The translations under genes were made by a program, and so were the position numbers. From an uncultured delta proteobacterium (GTDB taxonomy: Bacteria; Myxococcota_A; Polyangia; Fen-1088), in the NCBI GenBank assembly GCA_963796685.1, contig CAWCMR010000025.1, positions 288,001 through 352,000 on the forward strand: a DNA stretch of 64,000 bases. The letters are read 5' to 3'. The notes under the pieces are model-generated. The model saw nothing but the letters and a program-made list of their open reading frames with translations, searched no databases and was not told the DNA's origin. Below are positions 32,354-43,026 of this stretch, piece by piece; the stretch's first letter is position 1; the number at the start of each line of letters is the position of its first letter.

Positions 32354-33340
32354 ATGGCGGTTTCGCCGCGAATCGGGGTTTCCATGGGGTGTCCGGCCGG
32401 AATCGGGCCGGAGGTCATCGTATGTGCGCTCGTTTCCCGCCCGGAGATGGAGGTGACCGTCTTCGGCGACGTGGGCGTGCTCGAACGGGCAGCCGCGCGG
32501 GCGAAGGTCACCTTGCCGAAGAGCACCAGCGTAGTTTCCGTTACCCACCTGGGCGAGGACGACGTGCAGCCTGGCTTGCCAAGCGAGATCACCGGTCGCG
32601 CACAGGTCGAGTACCTCGCGGCGGCCACGGATGCCGTGATCGGCGGGCAGGTCAGCGCCCTGGTCACCGCGCCCGTTTCCCGCGAATGGGCCGGTCGGGC
32701 CGGTATGCCGTTCTCCAGCCACATGGAGTTCCTGGCCAATCGGGTGGGCGCCAAGAGCTGCGCCACCATGCAGATCGGCTCCGGGCTGCGCATCACGATG
32801 GTAACTGGCCGGGTGCCCCTGCGCCGGATCCCGAGCCTCCTCACCACGTCCAGCATCGCGCAAACGACAGTGCTCACCGTGCAGGCTTTGTCCACGTACT
32901 TCGGTATCCGGTTGCCGCGCGTGGCGGTGGCCGGGCTCAATCCTCTCGCTGGCGAAGGTGGGCGCCTGGGCGACGAGGAAACCCACCTCGTCCTACCCGC
33001 GGTCAATCTCGCCCAGCGCCTGCTCTCGACCTCGGGCCTGGCCGCGCGGGTGAGTGGCCCGCACGAACCCGACACCATCTTTCGCCAGATGCTCGTCGGC
33101 GACTACGACGCCGTGGTGGCGCTGTACCACGACCAGTGCCAGATTCCCATCAAGCTGCTCGCCTCCGACGAAGCCGTCAGCCTGACCCTGGGTCTGCCCT
33201 TCGTGCGCACCTCGCCGGATCACGGCACGGCCTACGACATCGCGGGCACGGGCCGGGCGAAATACCAGGGATTCCTCGCCGCCCTCGACCTTGCCTCATC
33301 GCTGGCCGAGAAGAGCCTTGCTGTGCCCGACACTGCCTAG
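32354..33340 (+). CDS. pdxA: PdxA-family protein (metal ligands degenerate)
   Basis: [39 protein letters not shown]. Confidence 0.85.
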   Translation: MAVSPRIGVSMGCPAGIGPEVIVCALVSRPEMEVTVFGDVGVLERAAARAKVTLPKSTSVVSVTHLGEDDVQPGLPSEITGRAQVEYLAAATDAVIGGQVSALVTAPVSREWAGRAGMPFSSHMEFLANRVGAKSCATMQIGSGLRITMVTGRVPLRRIPSLLTTSSIAQTTVLTVQALSTYFGIRLPRVAVAGLNPLAGEGGRLGDEETHLVLPAVNLAQRLLSTSGLAARVSGPHEPDTIFRQMLVGDYDAVVALYHDQCQIPIKLLASDEAVSLTLGLPFVRTSPDHGTAYDIAGTGRAKYQGFLAALDLASSLAEKSLAVPDTA

Positions 33341-33352
33341 TAAACATAACGC

Positions 33353-35173
<1,821 letters not shown>

Positions 35174-35182
35174 CGCGCCCAA

Positions 35183-35314
35183 GAAGAAGACCACACAGAG
35201 GACACGGAGACCACAGAGGCCAGAAGAGAAGGAAGGGGGGTCGGAGCCAGGATCCGAGACCCCATTCTCGCCGGACTCCGCGTTTCCTGTGTCCTCAGTG
35301 TTTTCATCTTCTTC
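35183..35314. repeat. Periodic imperfect inverted repeat (long stem-loop) after glmS
   Basis: gaagaaga..acacagaggacacggagaccacagag ... ctccgcgtttcctgtgtcctcagtgt..tcttcttc. Confidence 0.7.
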
Positions 35315-35465
35315 GCCTTCGCCTCAACATTGCACAGAGTCATGTCGGTTCTTTTGGCGTGATCGCACATAGATCCGCGAATAGGTGAACAAACCTTGTT
35401 GAAAATCGTCATGATTTATAGAACAATGGTCTTGTTCACGTCGATTTGACCTGGAAAGTGCAAAG

Positions 35466-37262
35466 ATGGCTAAGAAGATAGTGAAGAAGGGCTCAAGTTC
35501 TCGAAAAAATGCAAACCTTGGCGCCAAGGCATCCCCACAGTCGGCGCCAGTCGGCAAGATCCCCACGGGCGGCGACAAAGTCGTGCAGTGTCTGGAGCGC
35601 GAAGGGGTGGAAGTTGTCTTTGGACTGCCTGGTGGCGCGGCCATCCCGCTCTTCGACGCCCTCTACGAGTCGAAAATCAAGCTGATCCTCACCCGGCACG
35701 AGCAAGGCGCCACGCACATGGCCGATGGCTTTGCGCGCGCCACCGGCAAGCCCGGCGTCGTGGTGGTGACCTCGGGTCCGGGCGCCACCAACACCGTGAC
35801 CGGCTTACTCACCGCCCTGTCCGATTCGGTTCCCATGATCGTGCTGTGTGGCCAGGTCGTCCGCCCCATGCTGGGCAAGGACGGCTTCCAAGAAGCGGAC
35901 GTCACGGGCATCACGTACGCCGCCGTCAAGCACAGCTTCCTGGTCAAAGAGGTGGCCGACATCCCGCGGGTGATGAAAGAGGCCTTCTTCATCGCGAGCT
36001 CGGGCCGCCCTGGGCCGGTGCTCATCGATCTGCCCAAGGACGTGCTGGCCTCGCCCTGTCCAGCCCCCTTCGTAGACAAGGTCGATTTGCCCGGCTACCA
36101 CGTGCCCGAGCACGCCGACCCCGTGGCGCTCAAGCAGGCGGCCGCGTTTCTGGCCAAGGCGCGCCGGCCGGTCCTCTTGATCGGCCACGGCGCGGTGATC
36201 TCGAACGCGGGCAAGGCCATCCTGAAATTCGCCGAAAAGATCAAGGCACCGGTCGTGAATACGCTGCTCGGCAAGGGTGCGGTGCCCGAGGACCACGTGC
36301 TTCACCTGGGCATGCTGGGCATGCACGGCACCGCCTACGCCAATAAGGCGGTGGACGGCTGCGACCTCATCATGTCCATCGGCTCGCGCTGGGACGACCG
36401 CATCACCGGCAAGCTCTCGACCTTCTGCAAGGACGCGGTGAAGATTCACGTCGACATCGACGTGGCCGAGTTCGGCAAGGTGTTGCACCCCGACGTGTGC
36501 CTGGCGGGCGACGCCAGGCTGGTCGTCGAGGATCTGCTGCCGCTCGTCGGTCCGTGCGATTCCGACGCCTGGCTCGGCCAGGTCGGCGCCTGGCGCGAGG
36601 AGTTCCCGCTGCATTATCCCAAGAAGGGCGGGCTGCGTGCGCAGCACATTCTCGATCGCCTGGACAAGCTCGGCGGGCGCGATTCCATCGTGACCACCGA
36701 CGTGGGCCAGCACCAGATGTGGGCCGCCCAATTCATGCTGACCACCAAGAACCATCACTGGCTGTCGTCGGGCGGCGCGGGCACCATGGGCTTCGGCTTC
36801 CCCGCCGCGGTGGGCGCCAAGCTGGGTTGTCCGGACAAGCCGGTGTGGGCCGTGGTCGGCGATGGCGGATTCCAGATGACCCTGTCCGAGTTGGCCACCG
36901 CCGCGGTCAACAAGATCGCGGTCAAGGTCCTGGTCATCAACAACCACTTCCTCGGCATGGTTCGCCAGTGGCAGGAGCTGTTCTACGAAAATCGCCTGTC
37001 GGGCACCGATCTCGAAGGCAATCCCGATTTCGTCAAGCTGGCCGAGGCCTACAACATCAAGGCCTTCCACCTGCGCCGCGCGGCCGATGTCGACAAGGTG
37101 CTTCAGTCGGCCATGGACTACAACGACGGCCCGTGCGTGATCGACGCCGAGGTGGTCAAGGAGGACAACGTCTTCCCCATGATTCCCGCGGGCGCCTCCT
37201 TGAGCGACATGATCATCGAACCGCCCAAGGTCGCCTTGGAAAAGCCGTCGGGGTCGACGTGA
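35466..37262 (+). CDS. ilvB: Acetolactate synthase large subunit
   Basis: FGLPGG, RHEQGA, TSGPGATN, GMLGMHG, TDVGQHQMW, GDGGFQM..NN, GMVRQWQ. Confidence 0.97.
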   Translation: MAKKIVKKGSSSRKNANLGAKASPQSAPVGKIPTGGDKVVQCLEREGVEVVFGLPGGAAIPLFDALYESKIKLILTRHEQGATHMADGFARATGKPGVVVVTSGPGATNTVTGLLTALSDSVPMIVLCGQVVRPMLGKDGFQEADVTGITYAAVKHSFLVKEVADIPRVMKEAFFIASSGRPGPVLIDLPKDVLASPCPAPFVDKVDLPGYHVPEHADPVALKQAAAFLAKARRPVLLIGHGAVISNAGKAILKFAEKIKAPVVNTLLGKGAVPEDHVLHLGMLGMHGTAYANKAVDGCDLIMSIGSRWDDRITGKLSTFCKDAVKIHVDIDVAEFGKVLHPDVCLAGDARLVVEDLLPLVGPCDSDAWLGQVGAWREEFPLHYPKKGGLRAQHILDRLDKLGGRDSIVTTDVGQHQMWAAQFMLTTKNHHWLSSGGAGTMGFGFPAAVGAKLGCPDKPVWAVVGDGGFQMTLSELATAAVNKIAVKVLVINNHFLGMVRQWQELFYENRLSGTDLEGNPDFVKLAEAYNIKAFHLRRAADVDKVLQSAMDYNDGPCVIDAEVVKEDNVFPMIPAGASLSDMIIEPPKVALEKPSGST

Positions 37263-37264
37263 TC

Positions 37265-37338
37265 ATGGGAACCCTGAGAGTGTTCCCAAACCCTCCCGCG
37301 ATGGTCCGCAGTCGGCGAAGCCGCCTGCTCCCCACGCG
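37265..37338 (+). repeat. Two-hairpin REP-like element, copy 3 (degenerate)
   Basis: atgggaaccctgagagtgttcccaaaccctcccgcgatgg..cggcgaagccg..cacgcg directly after the ilvB stop. Confidence 0.75.
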
Positions 37339-37403
37339 AACTGGCAACGCAACCGAAAATCAGTCCATCGAGTGACAACGTCTTGATTCGTAGAAGGTAC
37401 ACC

Positions 37404-37979
37404 ATGAGCTCTCTCGCAACGACGACCCCAGCCAATCCGAGCAATCCGACTTTGCCGACTTTGCAGACCTTGCCGACCTCGCCGACCCTGCCGATGCACA
37501 CGATTTCCGTGCTGGTGCGCAACCAACCCGGCGTTCTCGTGCGCGTGGCCCTGGTGTTCGCCCGCCGCGGATACAACATCGAAAGCCTGGTGGTCAGTCC
37601 CGACGCCTCCAGCTCGGATTTCTCGCGCATGACCATCACCTGCACCGGCGACCCGGAGACGCTGGAGCAAATCATCAAACAGGTCGCCAAGCTGGTGGAC
37701 GTGGTGCGCGCCATCGACCACACGGGCCAAGCGGTGGTGGAAACCGAGATCGCGCTGGTGAAGATCCAGGCCAATCTCGACGAACGCACCGTGATCTTGC
37801 AAACCGCCGAGCACTACAAGGCCAAGGTCGTGGACTGCAGCGCAAGCTCGCTCATCCTGCGCGTGACCGGCGCCAGCGAGAAGCTGGACAGCTTCATTAC
37901 CCTGCTGCGGCCGTTCGGCGTGGTCGAGCTGGTCCGCTCGGGCAAGATCCTCATGACCCGCGGGCCTGAAACGACGTAG
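37404..37979 (+). CDS. ilvN: Acetolactate synthase small subunit (start could be the ATG at ~37494)
   Basis: HTISVLVRNQPGVL..FARRGYNIESL..SRMTI (ACT domain), ELVRSG. Confidence 0.95.
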   Translation: MSSLATTTPANPSNPTLPTLQTLPTSPTLPMHTISVLVRNQPGVLVRVALVFARRGYNIESLVVSPDASSSDFSRMTITCTGDPETLEQIIKQVAKLVDVVRAIDHTGQAVVETEIALVKIQANLDERTVILQTAEHYKAKVVDCSASSLILRVTGASEKLDSFITLLRPFGVVELVRSGKILMTRGPETT

Positions 37980-37981
37980 TA

Positions 37982-38640
37982 ATGGGAACCCTGGGAGGGT
38001 TCCCAAACCCTCCCGCGCTATGGCTCCGCCGGGCGAAGCCCGGCTTCGCCTACGCGGTCATGGGAACCCTGGGAGGGTTCCCAAACCCTCCCGCGCTATG
38101 GCGGAGCCGCGAGGGGCGCGTCCGAAGGACGCGAGCGGGAGGGCGGGGAGGTGGAGGTCCCGAAGCACCGACGAAGTCGGTGGGCGAAGCCCGGCTTCGC
38201 CTACGCAGCCATGGGAACCCTGGGAGGGTTCCGCGTTGCACTCGGCACCGCCAGCCCACCCTGCCACCCCCGCGCTCCGCGCGGCCTCGCCAAACCCTCC
38301 CGCGCTATGGCGGAGCCGCGAGGGGCGCGTCCGAAGGACGCGAGCGGGAGGGCGGGGAGGTGGAGGTCCCGAAGCACCGACGAAGTCGGTGGGCGAAGCC
38401 CGGCTTCGCCTACGCGGTCATGGGAACCCTGGGAGGGTTCCGCGTTGCACTCGGCACCGCCAGCCCACCCTGCCACCCCCGCGCTCCGCGCGGCCTCGCC
38501 AAACCCTCCCGCGCTATGGCGGAGCCGCGAGGGGCGCGTCCGAAGGACGCGAGCGGGAGGGCGGGGAGGTGGAGGTCCCGAAGCACCGACGAAGTCGGTG
38601 GGCGAAGCCCGGCTTCGCCTACGCGGCCATGGGAACCCTG
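37982..38640 (+). repeat. Tandem array of the REP-like element with nested insertions (78, 151, 209, 209 bp plus a 12-bp stub)
   Basis: atgggaaccctg starts at 37982, 38060, 38211, 38420 and 38629; units 3 and 4 are essentially identical. Confidence 0.92.
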
Positions 38641-38650
38641 ACCTGAAACC

Positions 38651-38800
38651 ACCTCGCCCCGCGAAGCGGGGAGAGGTCGCCGAGCGCAGCGAGGCGGGTG
38701 AGGGGCTGTCACGTTTCACGCCTGAATGATCCGGGCCTTCGGCCCGGCGGCGGTACTGGGAGGGTTCCGCGTTGCACTCGGAACTGCCTCGCCAAACCTT
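38651..38800. repeat. Further palindromic elements and a partial copy of the array unit
   Basis: cctcgccccgc-gaa-gcggggagagg..gggtgagggg; ccgggcc-ttc-ggcccgg; ctgggagggttccgcgttgcactcgg..cctcgccaaacc. Confidence 0.7.
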
Positions 38801-38820
38801 GGCGTTCTGGCTGCGTGTGG

Positions 38821-39228
38821 CTAGCGGACCGCCTGCAGGGGCATCTGGCGCGCTTGGCTGACCGGGGTCAGCAGAATGCCGTCGGCATCGAGGTCGCGAA
38901 GACGCGGCAGGGTGATGGGTTGCCAAGGCACGGTCGCGTCGAAGAGGAAGTTGATCTTGTATTTTTTGTCGGGGGGGATGCGGTTGCGTCGGAGAATCCA
39001 GCTCAGGAACTCCTTGATCCCCGATGAGTTGAGGAAAGCCAGCTCCGTCACGTCCACCTTGACCTCGGCAAGACCCTCGCCGAGCGCCATGTTGTGAACG
39101 ATCTCGAAGAACCCGGCCAGGAAGTCGCGCGGGCTGAGCTGGTCGATCTCGCCGGCAATGAAGACCGTGTCCCCGTCCACACGCAGGTTGATCTTTCCGC
39201 CTGCTACCTGCACCGTTGATATCTGCAT
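38821..39228 (-). CDS. STAS/anti-anti-sigma-like (SiaC-like) small protein
   Basis: IAGEID..VDVTELAFLNSSGIK resembles the STAS D-x5-F-x-[DN]SSG phospho-motif. Confidence 0.7.
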   Translation of the reverse strand: MQISTVQVAGGKINLRVDGDTVFIAGEIDQLSPRDFLAGFFEIVHNMALGEGLAEVKVDVTELAFLNSSGIKEFLSWILRRNRIPPDKKYKINFLFDATVPWQPITLPRLRDLDADGILLTPVSQARQMPLQAVR

Positions 39229-39394
39229 CGCGCACCTGCTTGCAAGAACCACTGACCCATTGATCTTCGGCAAGAATGGGCAGGTCTGTAGCTCGCCTCG
39301 AAAACACACCGCTGGACGACAAGACCGCGACACGCATGTCAGACAGGCGTCGTCCGGCGCGCCGGATGCGCCAGCTTTTTCGCGTCTTTGCTGG

Positions 39395-39410
39395 CGGCAT
39401 GCAAATTGCT
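39395..39410 (+). promoter_or_regulatory. Candidate sigma-54 promoter
   Basis: CGGCATG-CAAA-TTGCT versus consensus TGGCACG-N4-TTGC(A/T); GG-N10-GC spacing is exact; 18 bp upstream of the ATG at 39428. Confidence 0.55.
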
Positions 39411-39427
39411 GCATGAAGCTGTCTGCC

Positions 39428-41386
39428 ATGAACAAGTACCATCTGGTTTTGTGTGCACTGTTGGTACCGATAGTGGGTTGCAGCGCCTCGGGAGGCTCGG
39501 AGGGGGCCAACAGTCCCTCGTCCGGCGGCTACGGAAGAAGTGACGCGAGTATCGCCGCCGACGCAGGTGGGTTCACGATCAACATGGGAGGCTCGGCGGG
39601 GTCCACGGGCGCGGGCGGCGCGTCGGCCCTGCCGCCGGAACAGGAACAGAAGCTCGACTTCCTCGCCCCGCAGGCGGGTGCCCGGTACGTGTACGTGGCC
39701 AATCCCAGCCGCAACACCGTGTCCGTCATCGACTCGACGACCCTGGCCATTGATGAGCTCGCGCCGGGAGACTCGCCAACCTATGTGGCCACCGTCCCGG
39801 GCAAGGACATCGCCCTGGTCGTCAATGCCGGCTCGCACACCCTACGCGTTCTGCGCGGCACAACCATGAACGAGGCCCCCGTTCCCATCGTCGTCAAGGC
39901 CAACACCATCTCGGTCTCGCCCGACGGCCTGCACGCCGTGATCTGGTTCGACGCCTCGCAGATCCCCTTGACAGGCAGCGGAGGAAGCCCGACGGCGTCA
40001 TCTTCGTCGGGTAGCACCCAGGAGGTGTCGGTGGTGACCGTGTCGAGCACCACGGACGGATCCGGCGACAAGGTGATCTCGATGAGCGTGGGCTACAACC
40101 CGAGCGCGGTCGTGTTTTCGAGCGACAACACAGCGGCCTTCGTGGTCACCGATGACGGCATTTCCGAGCTTCGCTTCGCCACCATCACCGCGCCCGCCAT
40201 CGCTCCCTTCACCTCCATCGGCAGCGCATCCACGTTCTCGCTGGCCGTGGACGGCGGTGGCGCGCCCATGCCCACGGCCCTCGACACCTTGAGCGACTCG
40301 TTCGATGGCGGCGAGGCCGGCGACAGCCAGCCCTCGGTCGACGACGGCACCCCGTCCGAAGACGGCGGCGTTTCGGCGGTCGATAGCGGCTTTCTGCCAC
40401 GCGATGGAGGCGCATTCGCCCCGGATACGGGGCTTGTGCCGGACCAGGGTCCCGGCAAGGCCGACAGCGCGGCGACCAACGACGTCCTGCCCGACCTAGC
40501 GCCGGTGGTACCGCCGACGACGGGCGGGAAAGCCGTCGACGTATCGGTGACCGCGGACGGAAGCTACGCCATCGCCCGGCGTGAAGGCTCGCCCGAGCTG
40601 CTGCTGGTCAACCTCAAGACCCACACCGTGACCTCGCTCGTGCTGTCTAGCCCGGTGACCGACCTCGACCTCTTGCCCTCGGGGACGCAGGCCTTTGCCG
40701 TGCTTCGCGACGAAAGCAAGCTGGTCAGCATCGACATCCCCGACGGTTTTGCGGGCGGTGCTCCGTCGACATCGTACCAATTCGATGGCGTCACCATCGG
40801 CTCGGTCACCCTGAGCCCCAAGGGCAAGTATGCCGTGCTCTACACCACCGCGGTGCCCAGCGAGAGCCTGGTGGTTCTCGATTTCGCGCAAGACGAATAT
40901 CGCATCGTGGGCTTGACCAAGGCCATTCGCGCCATCGCCATCGCTCCCGACGAGAGCTCGGCGCTGGTCGTTCACACCGTCCCCACTGCTTCCGGCAGCG
41001 GCGGAACCGCGGGGCAAAGCTCGAGCACCGCTGACACCGGATTCGGCTACACCATGGTTCGCCTGGCAGACGGATACAGGAAGGTCGTCTCGACTCCCAC
41101 CATTCCCAACCCGTTCGCCATCACCCCCGACTCTGCCTACGCATTCGTGCTTCTGCGCGACGACAACGCCTCCGTGCGCGTGGCCCAGCGCATTTCACTG
41201 ACCAGCTACATCATCGACAATTTTCCACTCGGCAGCCCACCCAACTCCATCGCGGCGCTGGCCGGGTCGCACAATGTCTTCGTCGGTCAGGTCTACTCGG
41301 AGGGACGCATCAGTTTCATCGACTGGACAACCGGCAGCGTGCGGACCGTCACCGGTTTCGCTCTCAACGGAAGGATCCAACAATGA
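39428..41386 (+). CDS. Lipoprotein, YncE/YVTN-like beta-propeller
   Basis: Lipobox IVGC; YVYVANPSRNTVSVIDS, repeated SPDG/TPDS blades, acidic linker. Confidence 0.78.
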   Translation: MNKYHLVLCALLVPIVGCSASGGSEGANSPSSGGYGRSDASIAADAGGFTINMGGSAGSTGAGGASALPPEQEQKLDFLAPQAGARYVYVANPSRNTVSVIDSTTLAIDELAPGDSPTYVATVPGKDIALVVNAGSHTLRVLRGTTMNEAPVPIVVKANTISVSPDGLHAVIWFDASQIPLTGSGGSPTASSSSGSTQEVSVVTVSSTTDGSGDKVISMSVGYNPSAVVFSSDNTAAFVVTDDGISELRFATITAPAIAPFTSIGSASTFSLAVDGGGAPMPTALDTLSDSFDGGEAGDSQPSVDDGTPSEDGGVSAVDSGFLPRDGGAFAPDTGLVPDQGPGKADSAATNDVLPDLAPVVPPTTGGKAVDVSVTADGSYAIARREGSPELLLVNLKTHTVTSLVLSSPVTDLDLLPSGTQAFAVLRDESKLVSIDIPDGFAGGAPSTSYQFDGVTIGSVTLSPKGKYAVLYTTAVPSESLVVLDFAQDEYRIVGLTKAIRAIAIAPDESSALVVHTVPTASGSGGTAGQSSSTADTGFGYTMVRLADGYRKVVSTPTIPNPFAITPDSAYAFVLLRDDNASVRVAQRISLTSYIIDNFPLGSPPNSIAALAGSHNVFVGQVYSEGRISFIDWTTGSVRTVTGFALNGRIQQ

Positions 41387-43026
41387 GACGCCCTCTCCTG
41401 GTGCTGTCGCTGCTCCTCTTGCCCCACAGCGGGTGCGATGGCTCGACCCCACAATTCTGGCAACCCAGGAACGACCTGCTTCCCATGGTGGCGCTCGACG
41501 ATCGGGTTGCCTACGTGGAGAAGAATTCGCACGCCGCCTACCTGCTCGATCCGGCGGCCACCTCCTTCGAGCCTCAGGTGGTGACCGTGGGCAAGGCCCC
41601 CATCGCGGCGATCAAGCACAACGGCAGCAACCAGATGCTGGTCTTGAGCAACGGCGATAACGGATCGGCCAGCGTCGCGGCCATTTCACCCCAGCTTCAG
41701 ATCGTCGACGCGAAAGCCAGCGTGGCCCCTGACATTCGCCTGCTTGCCGGCCGCTTCGATGGCCTGGCCCAGTCGGCAGACGGACGGTTCGTCGTCCTCT
41801 ACCACACGTCGTCCACACAGGACGCAAGCGACACCGGTCTGTTCAATCCCAACGAGATGACCATCGTCGATTTCAACATCCCCCCTGATCCTCGTGTTTC
41901 CACGCTGCCCACCAAGTCGATTCGCAGCCTGGGCGGCGTGCCCACCCGCATCGAGTTTTCACCACCCTATCCATTCAAGGCCGGCTCTCGCCCGCTGGCC
42001 GTCGTGCTGTCGCAAAACTACGTCACCATCCTGGACCTCGACCACACCGACCGCACCGAGATCTCGGTGCCGCTCTGCCCGCAGAGCACGGGCTGCACCT
42101 ACAGCCCGGACCAGATCGTGTTCGACCCCGCCAATCTGAACATCTACGTGCGCGCGGGCAACGCCCAGGACATCTTCCAGATCACGCTCACCGATCTGTG
42201 GCCCGACCTGCCCACGGACGGCAGCAACGACTTCCATGCCTCGCTGTCCATGCTCAGCGTGGGGGCGAATCCTGCCAGCATGGTGCTCTACGGCTCGGGC
42301 ACCAGCGCGCGGCTGGCCGTCCTGGCGCCCGGCAGCAGAAGCCTGGTCATCATCGATCCCAGCACCAGCCACACCCTCAATATCGTCACCCCAACCCCCA
42401 CCGACGTGATCGTTCCCTTCACGGTTACCAACTCGACCGGCGAGGTGAAAAATCAAGCCATGCTCGTCGACACGACCCACGGCAGCACCAGCGTGCTCTT
42501 CGCGGATCTGGAACAAGTCGAGACCGAAGGGGGCCTGGCTGTCACCGACGCGCCCTTGCGCGCCGCCGCGGGCGACGTCTGGCCGCTGGTCGATCAAGGC
42601 ATCGCCGTGCTGGTGCTGGGCAAGCCGTCGGCCATCAGCGCCTTCACTGTGGTCGAGCTCGCCACGCGAAGGTTCGTCGACATCACGGCCAGCAGCACGT
42701 TCGGCAACCCCTACCTCGAAGCCCGCAATCCGAGCCGCCTGTGGGGCGTGGCCTCGGGAACCAAGCTCAGCTACTTCAATCTGGTGGCACGCGCCGGAGA
42801 GGCCAGCCTGACCCCGACATCGATCTGGCTGGATCAAACCATCGCCAGCATCCGGGCGCTCGACAAACCCGGCATCGATGGACACCGTTACCTCGCGGTC
42901 GGACAGAGCGATCCCGATGCGATCGGCAATCTGACCTTCCTCGATGCCGACAGCCCCGACCGCGCCACCGCGCGAACCGCCTACGGCTTCCTCTTCTCGA
43001 ACTACCTCGAGCGAGCTCAACCATGA
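41383..43026 (+). CDS. Lipoprotein, probable beta-propeller
   Basis: ATGA overlap; lipobox-like HSGC; repeated xVGxxP, SADGRF and IVD/ILD blades. Confidence 0.72.
   Translation: MRRPLLVLSLLLLPHSGCDGSTPQFWQPRNDLLPMVALDDRVAYVEKNSHAAYLLDPAATSFEPQVVTVGKAPIAAIKHNGSNQMLVLSNGDNGSASVAAISPQLQIVDAKASVAPDIRLLAGRFDGLAQSADGRFVVLYHTSSTQDASDTGLFNPNEMTIVDFNIPPDPRVSTLPTKSIRSLGGVPTRIEFSPPYPFKAGSRPLAVVLSQNYVTILDLDHTDRTEISVPLCPQSTGCTYSPDQIVFDPANLNIYVRAGNAQDIFQITLTDLWPDLPTDGSNDFHASLSMLSVGANPASMVLYGSGTSARLAVLAPGSRSLVIIDPSTSHTLNIVTPTPTDVIVPFTVTNSTGEVKNQAMLVDTTHGSTSVLFADLEQVETEGGLAVTDAPLRAAAGDVWPLVDQGIAVLVLGKPSAISAFTVVELATRRFVDITASSTFGNPYLEARNPSRLWGVASGTKLSYFNLVARAGEASLTPTSIWLDQTIASIRALDKPGIDGHRYLAVGQSDPDAIGNLTFLDADSPDRATARTAYGFLFSNYLERAQP

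Noticed and set aside
37982-38640. CRISPR array
   Set aside because: Inter-repeat sequences are shared or identical rather than unique, unit lengths vary 78-209 bp, and no cas genes are present.
37982-38729. ORFs across the repeat array (219, 208, 192 aa)
   Set aside because: The 209-bp unit is not a multiple of 3 and the same peptide text appears in all frames; these are artefacts of a GC-rich repeat.
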